Shown one piece after another: positions 52,981 to 64,000 of a stretch of DNA of 64,000 bases. The stretch covers positions 2,454 to 66,453 of the forward strand of contig JAUCBJ010002945.1 of NCBI GenBank assembly GCA_032718475.1, given 5' to 3'. How positions within the stretch are numbered: the first letter of the stretch is position 1; each line of letters starts with the position of its first letter. The notes beneath the pieces are model-generated. The model did no database searches, was not told the origin of the DNA, and saw nothing but the letters and a program-made list of their open reading frames with translations. This stretch comes from Nemertoderma westbladi. Lineage: Eukaryota > Animalia > Xenacoelomorpha. Both the position numbers and the translations under genes were made by a program.

Positions 52981-55750
52981 TTTAGCAAGTCGTTAGACTT
53001 GATTACTGTAAGAAAAAAAAGCTACTGGCTACTGACTACTGACTACTGGCTACTGACCTAGAGCAAAAACGGCTCTAACGATTTTGATGAAATTTTGCAT
53101 GGACCATGAAAATAGATTTCTAAGGGTACTTGTGAAATCGCGGTTTAAATTGAAACATCTCAACTTGTTTTATTTCGAAAAATAGCCCCAAAACACGAAA
53201 ATTACCATAGGCGCAATGATAAAACACCAGCTGGCACTTCACTGAGTCTGTACTCCCAGATATTCCCATTGGTAATATCTCCTTTGCAGAAGTGAAGGCT
53301 GCTGCAAAGAGCATTAAGACCAATCGTGCCAGTGGAGTAGATGGTGTTCCCCCTGAGGTCTTTAAAATACCTGAGTGTTTAAAGCTCATCTATCCCATCA
53401 TAGTAGACATGTACCGTACAACAAGAGTCCCACAAGAAATGAAAACAAATAAGTTGGTGCCAGTTCCCAAGAAGGGCAACCTAACACTCTATGGTTCTTT
53501 TCGGGGAATCTCATTGATCTCGATTGCTGCAAAGCTATACAATAGAATTCTATTAAATCGCATCAGGGATCCCATTGAGAGACTGCTCCGTGGAAATCAG
53601 AATGGGTTCCGTAAAGGTCGTGGGACCATGGAGCCCATTTTGGCACTTAGAAGGATAATTGAAGAGTTATCAAAAAAGAAAGACAGGCATCTGGCTGTTA
53701 TCTTTGTTGACTTCTTCAAGGCCTTTGATTCAGTCTCTCGCTCACGTATGTTCAGCATACTTTCATTATATGGGATTCCTGATGAAATTATTGCAGCAAT
53801 CAGATCAGTATACGATGGTTCGACAACATTTGTGTCTACTGTTGACGGTGACACAGAACCATTTGAAGTGTTATGGCGCGTCCTCCAGGGAGACACACTT
53901 GCACCATTCTTGTTCATAATTGTTGTTGACTATGTTCTACGCATGTCCATAGATCATCATAATGATGATGGGGTGATGATAACTCCACCTACTGGCTCCA
54001 GAAGTCCAGGAAATCCTGCCAAGTACCTAACTGATCTAGACTTTGCTGATGACTTAGGAGTACTCTCAGAATCACTAGAGGGAGCCCAACGGCTCCTCAG
54101 CTCATTAGAACATGCTGCTTCTAGTGTTGGTCTTTTTATTAACTCCAGAAAGACCAACATTTTGACAGTTAACTTTGAAAGTCCTCAGCAAGTCTCTGAT
54201 CGGATGAGCATAAGCTCAAAAGATGGTATGCTTGAGCATGTGGATGACTTCTGTTACCTGGGATCATGGATCCGGAAGTCAGGTGAGGACCTTCGAATAC
54301 GTAAGGGAAAGTCATGGGCAGCCTTGAATAGGCTTTCCAGGATTTGGAAGTCACCGAGAATTAATCGGAAACTTAAGGTCCGGTTATTTAGAGCAGCAGT
54401 AGTTCCAGTACTCCTCTATGGGAGTCCATGCTAGGCTCTAACTGCTGAGGACACCAAATCTCTGGACGGCACATTCACAAGAATGCTACGCCGGGTTCAT
54501 TGTGTCAAGTTCAATGCACACATCTCCAACCAGACACTATATAACATTGGAGGTGTCTCAATGGTTCCCCCAAGCTTGACACTAGAACAAAATCGCCTCC
54601 ACTTTGCAGGACATTGCTTTCGCCGTGAGGACCAGCCAGTGCATAATCTTGTACTTTGGCAGCCTCATGGAGTGAATAAGCATGGTGGACAGCCCATGAC
54701 TTTCTTGAGACGCATCTTAAAGGACAATGGCCTTGAAGATGCAGATGATCTAGCAAATGTCATGGGTGATAGGGAGTTGTGGCGGTGCAATTTTGTCGAT
54801 AAGCCGGCACAGCATTCTTAACAATGCAGCTGCAATGCAGCATGCCGATCCTAGTAGTCCTAGTGGCACTCATGAAAAATGTATAGAGATGGCCTGGTAA
54901 TGCATTCAATAGGAAGGGCAACTAACAAAGAAGTACTTTCTCTGCCAAGTTTTACTATCACTCTACTCTACAACCCAGACAGTAATCAAACAAAACATTA
55001 ACTGGTTTAGCTGGCTATTACAGTCTCAGCTGAATAACTCTTCCCAATGCATCCTTGCTAAGTTAATTAATTGGCGTGCAAGCTAAATGACTGTTAGTTA
55101 TACAGTGTGTTGGCTACACCGTGTATTGTACTATGCTCTCATCGCATTATTGTTTTATTTTGAAATTGTTGTGCCAACATTAATACTGTGGGTGGAGGCT
55201 GTATGCTTATAAGGCTGAATATTTACTCAGCCTCAAAATGATTCTCCATAAGGCTAACTTTATAGTTTGAAATATAAAAATCTGTTATAATAATAATATA
55301 ATTGTTAAATTTAATTAAATACGATATTTAATATCGTGGTTTACATTGAACAGTGTAAATTGTTAATCGCGGTTTACATTGAAACATCTCAACTTGTTTT
55401 ATTTATTACAAAAATAAGAACGAATTTGTCTTATCACTTCTTGTGCGCGATTGTATTGAATTCATGGCGACTGCTGTTATTTTATTAATCAATTGACACC
55501 TCGACTCCTCTCTGATAGAACAAAATAATCATTTCGCTAACTGCTCTCTATCTTCTATAATCATAACAGCTTTTATAATTCATTAGATGATTACAACATA
55601 ATAATTATAGTTTGAAGTTGTCTAGAAAATTTCTCGTACACCACCGGGACTACGCTCACACTAATTGATTATCAGACAGAACAAAAAGCTTTTACTTGAC
55701 TCGTACTGTCTCCTACGACTTGCTTCACGGGCCGCTAGGCGCGTCTCTAG
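52981..55750 (+). mobile_element. Helentron/DINE-1-type non-autonomous rolling-circle element (HINE) carrying a nested RTE
   Basis: Sub-terminal inverted repeat AGCAAGTCGT (52984) / ACGACTTGCT (55715). 5' hairpin CAAGTCGTTAGACTTG, CTACTG(G/A) microsatellite, internal direct repeat (53135 vs 55365), and 3' GC hairpin followed by CTAG. Confidence 0.6.
53239..54863 (+). mobile_element. 5'-truncated RTE-clade LINE, copy 2 (one in-frame stop at 54432)
   Basis: KTNRASGVDGVPPEVFK, RT motifs LQGDTLAP and LDFADD. Closely similar to copy 1. Tail CCTAGTAGTCCTAG. Possible 7-bp TSD TGGCACT (53232 and 54864). Confidence 0.93.
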
Positions 55751-56775
55751 AATCTGTCTGCAGAACCTTTGGTCAACTCGTTACTTACCCTCATCCACCT
55801 TGGCAACCAGAGCATCATCAACAAGATGCTGACACTGGTATCGAATAATCAATCACGTTTCTCCCCTTTCTCTATTGCGAAAACATTTGCAAGGCCACAA
55901 TACATCCTCAAGATAGATACACATCATACCAAACATGGTACATTATATACCAACCATGTGTTTAAGCCACTCAGGATTACATTTGTCAATGCAATTGAAG
56001 GTATGCACAGCAACACCAATGCCAATGAACCACCCTTTGAGGCAAGCGAATTGATGTTAGTTTTAGGAGCTTTGTTAGTGACAGTCGGAGTAAAGGAGGT
56101 GTTAAAATCATTAGTGGCCATCACAGACAATAAAGCACTATTCCCACCACTCTCGACAACTGTACCGGCTGTTTCTGAGATCCTGAAGGACCCAACATAT
56201 CGACATATGATAATGCTAGAAGAGCACCATGCTTCAGTGTGGGCCGATGTGCTTATGAGTGCTTTTGATGGAGTCGCCTTTGATTCGGAGTCACGAGTCC
56301 ATTCCACCATGGGAGAAAGCAGTGATACTGAAGCAGGTAAGACCATGAGTAACGCTATTGTGTCCGCTTACATCTGTATGTGCGATTTTGATGTGGCATC
56401 GTCTGGCCTACCTGATTGTAATTCTTCCTGGAAGTAAATCTGCTGCATTCTCATTGGAGATTTACTCAAAGCTCGGTTCATCACCTAGGATTATACGTGA
56501 AGATAAAGCTGCTTGAGTTAATATCGACAGTGGCTAAACGAGTGACTCATCTTACCAGTGTACCTGTAGTTAAAGACTGGAAAATGAAAGGAGCGTTTAC
56601 GCCAAAGTGTCAGTGTCGTGATTGTATTTCTGTGGCCCCATTATTTTCTGATGGGTTGAAGAATACGTTGCTACTGCCTGGCCGCAACGTTGTTTGGAAG
56701 GGCCACCTCGCACATAATCTCATAGAATCAGCCAATCAGGAAGCGAAAGGCACCGGGTTTGCCATTGATATGCAG

Positions 56776-57111
56776 TGTTCTAAGATATGTAGCGTTAATG
56801 GAATGTTCTAAGGGTTGTAGCGTAAATGGAATGTTCTAAGGGTTGTCGCGTTAATGGAATGTTCTAAGGGTTGTAGCGTTAATGGAATGTTCTAAGGGTT
56901 GTCGCGTTAATGGAATGTTCTAAGGGTTGTAGCGTTAATGGAATGTTCTAAGGGTTGTAGCGTTAATGGAATGTTCTAAGGGTTGTAGCGTTAATGGAAT
57001 GTTCTAAGGGTTGTAGCGTTAATGGAATGTTCTAAGGGTTGTAGCGTTAATGGAATGTTCTAAGGGTTGTAGCGTTAATGGAATGTTCTAAGGGTTGTAG
57101 CGTTAATGGAA
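56776..57111. repeat. 28-bp minisatellite, 12 copies, expanded inside the oxygenase pseudogene
   Basis: Unit TGTTCTAAGGGTTGTAGCGTTAATGGAA. 336 bp = 12 x 28. Confidence 0.95.
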
Positions 57112-57670
57112 AGCTGTTGATTGTGAATAAGGGGAGGACACCCGCCTCTGTATTGAAGGATTACAATAGACTTTAAGAACAGCGGTTGACAGACCAACAG
57201 CGGCTGACTCGGGTCACTAAACGATATTATATCCGAATGCGATAGGCTCGGTAGGAAAAGGAAGTTGTAAGTAAACTTGGAGAACGATGATAGTTGAACT
57301 CAGTGAGCCGGAACCGGAACCGGAACTGTAATCATAAACTTATTCATAAAATCAAACTACTGTAGCTATGGGCCAGGTCTACTATATGATTTTGAATTTT
57401 AAAACTAATTTAGTTGAAATTTTAGTAGTGACAAATACAATAAATGTACTGGGACATATTTTATAAAATTTCTTAATAATATTGAAATATAAAAAATAAT
57501 ACAATATATTATTTATGGCTATATTTATTCATATAAATGACATGTCAATGAATTTTATTAATCAGTCATGCACAGAACGGTACAGTATAAAGTATATGTT
57601 ACAAGGGATCGAAGTTATTTTACAGTTTCTTCCACTCTGCTTCTCATCACGGGCTTCCAGTTTGTTGATA

Positions 57671-60372
57671 GCAGCTAGTTTATCTCCCGTCGTTGCAGAT
57701 AGTTTATCTCCCGCCGTTGCAGCTAGTTTATCTCCCATCGTTGCAGCTAGTTTATCTCCCGTCGTTGCAGATAGTTTATCTCCCGCCGTTGCAGCTACTT
57801 TATCTCCCGTCGTTGCAGCTAGTTTATCTCCCGTCGTTCCAGCTAGTTTATCTCCCGTCGTTGCAGCTAGTTTATCTCCCGTCGTTCCAGATAGTTTATC
57901 TCCCGTCGTTCCAGATAGTTTATCTCCCGTCGTTCCAGATATTTTATCTCCCGCCGTTGCAGCTAGTTTTTCTCCCGTCGTCCCAGATAGTTCATCTCCC
58001 GTCATTGCAGCTAGTTTATCTCCCGTCGTTGCAGCTAGTTTATCTCCCGTCGTTCCAGATAGTTTATCTCCCGTCGTTCCAGATAGTTTATCTCCCGTCG
58101 TTGCAGCTAGTTTATCTCCCGTCGTTCCAGATAGTTTATCTCCCGCCGTTCCAGCTAGTTTATCTCCCGTCGTTGCAGCTAGTTTATCTCCCGTCGTTGC
58201 AGCTAGTTTATCTCCCGCTGTTGCAGCGAGTTTATCTCCCGTCGTTCCAGATAGTTTATCTCCCGTCGTTGCAGTCAGTTTATCTCCCACCGTTGCAGCT
58301 AGTTTATCTCCCGCCGTTTCAGCTAGTTTTTCTCCCGCCGTTTCAGCTAGTTTATCTCCCGCCGTTGCAGCTAGTTTATCTCCCGCCGTTGCAGCGAGTT
58401 TATCTCCCGTCGTTGCAGCTAGTTTATCTCCCGCCGTTGCAGCGAGTTTATCTCCCGTCGTTCCAGATAGTTTATCTCCCGTCGTTCCAGCTAGTTTATC
58501 TCCCGTCGTTGCAGCTAGTTTATCTCCCGTCGTTCCAGATAGTTTATCTCCCGTCGTTCCAGATAGTTTATCTCCCGTCGTTCCAGATATTTTATCTCCC
58601 GCCGTTGCAGCTAGTTTTTCTCCCGTCGTCCCAGATAGTTCATCTCCCGTCATTGCAGCTAGTTTATCTCCCGTCGTTGCAGCTAGTTTATCTCCCGTCG
58701 TTCCAGATAGTTTATCTCCCGTCGTTCCAGATAGTTTATCTCCCGTCGTTGCAGCTAGTTTATCTCCCGTCGTTCCAGATAGTTTATCTCCCGCCGTTCC
58801 AGCTAGTTTATCTCCCGTCGTTGCAGCTAGTTTATCTCCCGTCGTTGCAGCTAGTTTATCTCCCGCTGTTGCAGCGAGTTTATCTCCCGTCGTTCCAGAT
58901 AGTTTATCTCCCGTCGTTGCAGTCAGTTTATCTCCCACCGTTGCAGCTAGTTTATCTCCCGCCGTTTCAGCTAGTTTTTCTCCCGCCGTTTCAGCTAGTT
59001 TATCTCCCGTCGTTCCAGATAGTTTATCTCCAATCATTCAAGATAGTTTATCTCCCGCCGTTGCAGCTAGTTTTTCTCCCGTCGTCCCGGATAGTTCATC
59101 TCCCGTCATTGCAGCTAGTTTATCTCCCGCTGTTGCAGCGAGTTTATTTCCCGTCGTTGTAGATAGTTTATCTCCCGCCGTTGCAGCTAGTTTATCTCCC
59201 GTCGTTCCAGATAGTTTATCTCCCGCCGTTGCAGCTAGTTTATCTCCCGCCGTTTCAGCTAGTTTATCCCCCATCATTCAAGATAGTTTATCTCCCGCCG
59301 TTTCAGCTAGTTTTTCTCCCGTCGTCCCAGATAGTTTATCTCCCGTCGTTCCAGATAGTTTATCTCCCATCGTTGCAGCTAGTTTATCTCCCATCGTTGC
59401 AGCTAGTTCATCTCCCGTCATTGCAGCGAGTTTATCTCCCGTCGTTGTAGATAGTTTATCTCCCGCTGTTGCAGCGAGTTTATCTCCCGTCGTTGTAGAT
59501 AGTTTATCTCCCGCTGTTGCAGCTAGTTTATCTCCCGTCGTTCCAGATAGTTTATCTCCCGCCGTTGCAGCTAGTTTATCTCCCATCGTTGCAGTCAGTT
59601 CATCTCCCGTCATTGCAGATAGTTTATCTCCCGCTGTTGCAGATAGTTTATCTCCCGCTGTTGCAGCGAGTTTATCTCCCGCCGTTGCAGCTAGTTTATC
59701 TCCCGTCGTTCCAGATAGTTTATCTCCCGCCGTTGCAGCTAGTTTATCTCCCGCTGTTGCAGCTAGTTTATCTCCCGTCGTTCCAGATATTTTATCTCAC
59801 GCCGTTGCTGCTAGTTTATCTCCCGCCGTTTCAGATAGTTTATCTCCCGTCGTTCCAGATATTTATCTCCCGCCGTTGCAGCTAGTTTATCTCCCGCCGT
59901 TTCAGATAGTTTATCTCCCGTCGTCCCAGATAGTTCATCTCCCGTCATTCCAGCTAGTTTATCTCCCGTCGTTCCAGATAGTTTATCTCCCGCCGTTTCA
60001 GATAGTTTATCTCCCGTCGTTCCAGATATTTATCTCCCGCCGTTGCAGCTAGTTTATCTCCCGCCGTTTCAGATAGTTTATCTCCCGTCGTCCCAGATAG
60101 TTCATCTCCCGTCATTCCAGCTAGTTTATCTCCCGCTGTTGCAGCGAGTTTATCTCCCGTCGTTGTAGATAGTTTATCTCCCGCCGTTGCAGCTAGTTTA
60201 TCTCCCGTCGTTCCAGATAGTTTATCTCCCGTCATTGCAGCTAGTTTATCTCCCGTCGTTCCAGATAGTTTATCTCCCGTCGTTCCAGATAGTTTATCTC
60301 CCGCCGTTGCGGAGAGTTTATCTCCCGTCGTTCCAGATAGTTTATCTCCCGTCGTTGCAGGGAGTTTATCTT
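57671..60372. repeat. 24-bp minisatellite, ~112 copies
   Basis: Unit TAGTTTATCTCCCGTCGTTGCAGC and variants. Translates as SLSPVVAA (+) or GDKLAATT (-). Confidence 0.97.
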
Positions 60373-60390
60373 CCACCGTCGTCCCTGGAG

Positions 60391-60668
60391 CTCGCCCATG
60401 TGAAGAATACCAGGATTTCACTTTTTGTTCGACTTTTTACTGGAATTTTATATATGAAGATTTTTAATTTTTTTAAATTTATCCTTAAGAAGTGATTTAT
60501 AGCGCTTATTTCTGTCTTATAACCTGTACATATACTAATTCGTTTATTGTTTTGGTTAGATTCAGCCCTTCTGTAACCTGCGTTTTTGGTGAAAACCTGG
60601 TATTCTTCACATGGGGGTAACTGCAAAGAGAAATATAACGGCAGAAAGTCTGGTATTCTTCACATGGG
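60391..60668. mobile_element. Small TIR element with 8-bp flanking direct repeat
   Basis: CCCATGTGAAGAATACCAG (60395) vs CTGGTATTCTTCACATGGG (ending 60668, extra copy at ~60597). CCCTGGAG at 60383-60390 and 60669-60676. Confidence 0.65.
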
Positions 60669-61957
60669 CCCTGGAGTTTCTCCATCGGCGATTTGGTATC
60701 ACTCCTTTTCATTTTCAGGCATTTACATTTTTTCTTTTTGTGCAATATTTTATTCTTATGAGCATTATATGGTATCTTCCATTTGAATTTATTGTTTGTA
60801 CAGTAAGTAAATGTAACTTTAGTTAAAGTTGTTGTGTTTTAATTGTTGTTTTTACATTTCACTTGTTTCTAATGGTTTAATTCTACGTGCCTTACAATTT
60901 AATTGTATTCCTTGTCATGATTTATATTAATACTGGAATATAAATAAAATAATTCATAAATATAAATTTATATGATTTTCCATGTTACAAAATCCACCAG
61001 TGGTGCTGAATACTGAAATGTAATTCAATAAATTTCAGTTATTAGGTTTTCATTTATTTATTTATAATTTCATTTATAGACACTGACAGCATATATCCCC
61101 TAATTCAATATTGTTTCTCGCGAAACATTTTTTTCACCACCAAAATTTTTTATTACAACGAACCTGTCTTTAGACTGGGTAGTTTTGTCTAAACCTGAAG
61201 CCGGCTAAAACACGATGGATGTGTATACTGTATATGCATATTTATTTATGTTTTGTTTAACCACCAACTCTGCAAAATGAGTTCTACAATTCTACCGTAT
61301 GATACCAGCAATAGTCTTACTACTTTTGCTCTACACTATTTTCACATTTTCGCTTAAATTCTAAATTTATCAATTCAAAACATATATTTAATATAATTAT
61401 TGTATTTCCGTACGTTGTTATTGCACTGACTTATATAACGTTTGTATTTTATCGCCGTTAAGCAGTGTGTATCAGGTTCTTTAACCACGACACTTCCTTA
61501 CTCAATTATTCTACTTTTATCAAACTTTCAGTCTTATGTTAGATCTCCATCTCTAAATCTTTTATCCCGAAAGGCACCGTACAACCCAGGTTCAACCCCT
61601 AGTGACGTCCTTCCTGAATTTTTTAGTTAACAAAAAGGCCTAATTATTATATCTTTAAACAATGATTCGGTCTAACAGTTTTCACTTTTAAACATTTCGC
61701 CCTCTAACGATAAACCGTAGAACTGCAGACGTATCACCTCCCACAAAATATATTTGTCTTAATTATTTGCAGTTTAAACCAACCCCATTACTATTCCATT
61801 ACATTCCCATTTAATATCTTCCCATTTAATATCTTAAAATTACGACAAAATTTTTTTACTATTTATAGTAGAACTAATGTAGGCCTATACGCAATGTTTA
61901 AATGGAACACATTTATATATATATTATCGAATACTAATTGTAGCACAAATTATTAAA

Positions 61958-62938
61958 CTATTTTTCAGCTGTGGTCATTCCTTCCTGGATCCACTTCCAG
62001 AGCTTTGCTCCTTTTATCTCAACATCTTCTTCTGGGAGATGAAATTTCCTCTTAATAAAGTTGTTAAGCTTTTGTTGAGACTTTGGTAACTCGGTCGCCT
62101 TCTTCAGAACCGCTTTCATGCGGCCCATACTCGGTATCTTCTCTGAACCATTTGCTTCCTTCTCAATTTCCTTATCTTTCTTCAAGGGTTTGGCATTGAC
62201 TTTAACTTCATTCTCCTTATTGACAGCCTTCTTAACATTTATCTTCATCAATTCATCTTTAGATTTGCTCCCTTTATCGTCTTCATCCTCGACCTCATCG
62301 GAATCCACTTCCTCATTTTCATCAGAGACATCATCCACTGATACGCCATCGTTATCTTCCTCATCCTCATCCATGTCGACATCTTCTACCTTCGTCTTAG
62401 ACTCACCCGAGTCCTTACCTAATGGAGACTTACCGAGCTTGGACCTTTTTATAGCCATGTGGTCGCTGGCATTGCTGAGTCGTTTCTTTCGGGACGAACC
62501 AGATGAGCCAGGCGTCATCAGCTTGCTGTCACCCTCGTCATCATCTGTAACATCAAAGTCCATATCGTCTGCTGCAAAGGCAATGTTATGGGAACCCGTG
62601 ATATGGATTGGGCCTTTACCCTTAATTAGAGTAAACTCAACTGGGTTCTGGAAAGAAATGGTTAAGGGGCAGTTGAGGAGATTGTTGTTTATACCAAACA
62701 GGGTCCCTTTCATTATTTCGCCATTGACTGTAGAAGAGGTTGCTTCTACATAATTATTCGTTTTACTAGTGACGTCGGCATCGACTAGCAGACAGGCGTT
62801 GTGGAGGTTTAGGGTGTGGGTCAGGTAATCCTCATCCTCATCATCTGATTCCTCTTCTCCTATTGGATTCCATTCGACGGTTGGATTCTCCGAGGTGAGA
62901 ACGCAATGCCAGTAAAAGTCCTTGGATGAGAAAGCCAT
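61958..62938 (-). CDS. Nucleophosmin/nucleoplasmin-family protein with NPM1-type C-terminal domain, intronless, 326 aa
   Basis: N-terminal NPL core (FYWHCVL...acidic loop...LHNACL...PVEFTLIKGKGPIHITGSH), acidic and basic tracts, and C-terminal LPKSQQKLNNFIKRKF...LWKWIQ resembling NPM1 LPK.EAKF.NYVKNCF...LWQW. Confidence 0.88.
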   Translation of the reverse strand: MAFSSKDFYWHCVLTSENPTVEWNPIGEEESDDEDEDYLTHTLNLHNACLLVDADVTSKTNNYVEATSSTVNGEIMKGTLFGINNNLLNCPLTISFQNPVEFTLIKGKGPIHITGSHNIAFAADDMDFDVTDDDEGDSKLMTPGSSGSSRKKRLSNASDHMAIKRSKLGKSPLGKDSGESKTKVEDVDMDEDEEDNDGVSVDDVSDENEEVDSDEVEDEDDKGSKSKDELMKINVKKAVNKENEVKVNAKPLKKDKEIEKEANGSEKIPSMGRMKAVLKKATELPKSQQKLNNFIKRKFHLPEEDVEIKGAKLWKWIQEGMTTAEK

Positions 62939-64000
62939 TATTATAGGGCCTAGAGGTCTACCAATTATATCAATAAATGGTAATTAAAGAAAGACTAGAA
63001 GAAAGACTATTTAGAAGACCTACCAAATTTACAATACATAGACACAGTAATAAATTAGTTACTACAGTACATTACACATCTCACACTAACAATCAGGTTA
63101 TTTAACCTCTTTGTTGACATATAAAATCAGGAAGTAAATATAATTTTACTGCATCTAATTGTTTAAATATTTATTAGAAACATTACCGGACTACCGGTTA
63201 CGGTTTAACATGAAAATAATTTACAAAATGCCAATTAATGAATAATAATAACAAATAAAACAATCTAAGATTACGCACTAAATGACTAGAGTTGGATAAA
63301 AAGAAACCTGAGATAAAGAAAAACTTAAAAAGCAATTACAATTTGAAAGCATACAAGTCTGCAAGTTCAACTACTATTGATTGTTATAACAACGGTAATG
63401 CCAACTGGTTAATGTTTAACTTGTGAGGTCAACCAATTGTTTGTTAATTATCACCAGTGTTGATATTGATTCATCTTGACTGGGTGATGATTAACTAACT
63501 CCCTATTGGTTCCCCCATAAATACTCATTACTCTAGTACATACCATACACCCAATACCACAGCTGAATATAACGTAGTAGCTTAGTACAGCCACTGATTC
63601 CAATGGCGCTAAGGAGACATACCACAGTACTATACAATGAGAGAACGACGTTGCATTGTGAGTGAAATAGGTAAAATGGCTATGTAGCTACAAATGATTC
63701 CGAAGGGCCGGGCAATGTCAATTCTAATATATTGGGCATCAGATGGAAGTTGATATATTGTAATGAAGCAATGAAGGACACACCGTAGAACTGCGCTTAA
63801 ACGGATTCACAATTATTACAATGTTTACTGCCAAAAAGGCTCCTAAGGATTTTTATCTAAATTTGACCAGAAGATTTATGGACAATGGTATTCTAAAATT
63901 TGTACCAAATTTAAACTCATTTCAGTAAAAAAAAATTAGTGGCAAAATAGACGTTTTCATGAAAAAGGTCATTATGGGATATGGGTGTTAAAAGTTTAAG

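Larger units (their letters stand above)
50223..57245 (+). pseudogene. Fragmented 2OG-Fe(II) oxygenase-family pseudogene (segments ~50223-50439, ~52216-52980, ~55751-57245)
   Basis: Collinear motifs LHVKGMDEPVAFPL / APHGTGDKTVVDP, then EDPHDSDYEGPTGNEG...RWY, then DWKMKG...CQCRDC...HL...KLLIVNK. These are typical of the 'TGNEG..RWY' 2OG oxygenase family as recalled. Multiple stops, frameshifts and insertions. Confidence 0.7.

Noticed and set aside
57515-60052. 845-aa (SLSPVVAA)n mucin-like ORF as a real CDS
   Set aside because: Almost entirely repeat-derived, no convincing signal peptide or domain, and frame changes at 1-bp deletions. Kept only as a low-interest finding.

Overview
AT-rich animal (invertebrate-like) genomic DNA. 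About 30 kb (~47%) is tandem repeat made of ten unrelated arrays, including a 14.7-kb 59-bp satellite. Recognisable genes on the minus strand: WDR55 (intronless), POLR3H/RPC8 (2 exons), the last five exons of a ninein-like gene (NINL/NIN), an unusually long MRPL30, and a nucleophosmin-like gene with an NPM1-type C-terminal domain. On the plus strand: a two-exon secreted 8-Cys knottin-like peptide missed by the ORF track, a frameshifted Ly6/three-finger-like remnant, and a shattered 2OG-Fe(II) oxygenase pseudogene. Mobile elements: a MULE-like element with a 9-bp TSD, two ~0.9-kb fully palindromic TA-flanked foldback MITEs plus two half copies, two 5'-truncated RTE LINEs, and a Helentron-type non-autonomous element. 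The most notable observation is a 32-bp minisatellite in NINL that is a ~74-fold tandem amplification of an intron/exon junction. Each unit carries a 3' splice site and most carry GTATGT, and an in-frame micro-exon plus new-intron splicing solution exists. No CRISPR, tRNA or rRNA was seen. All family calls are from motif recognition, not database searches.
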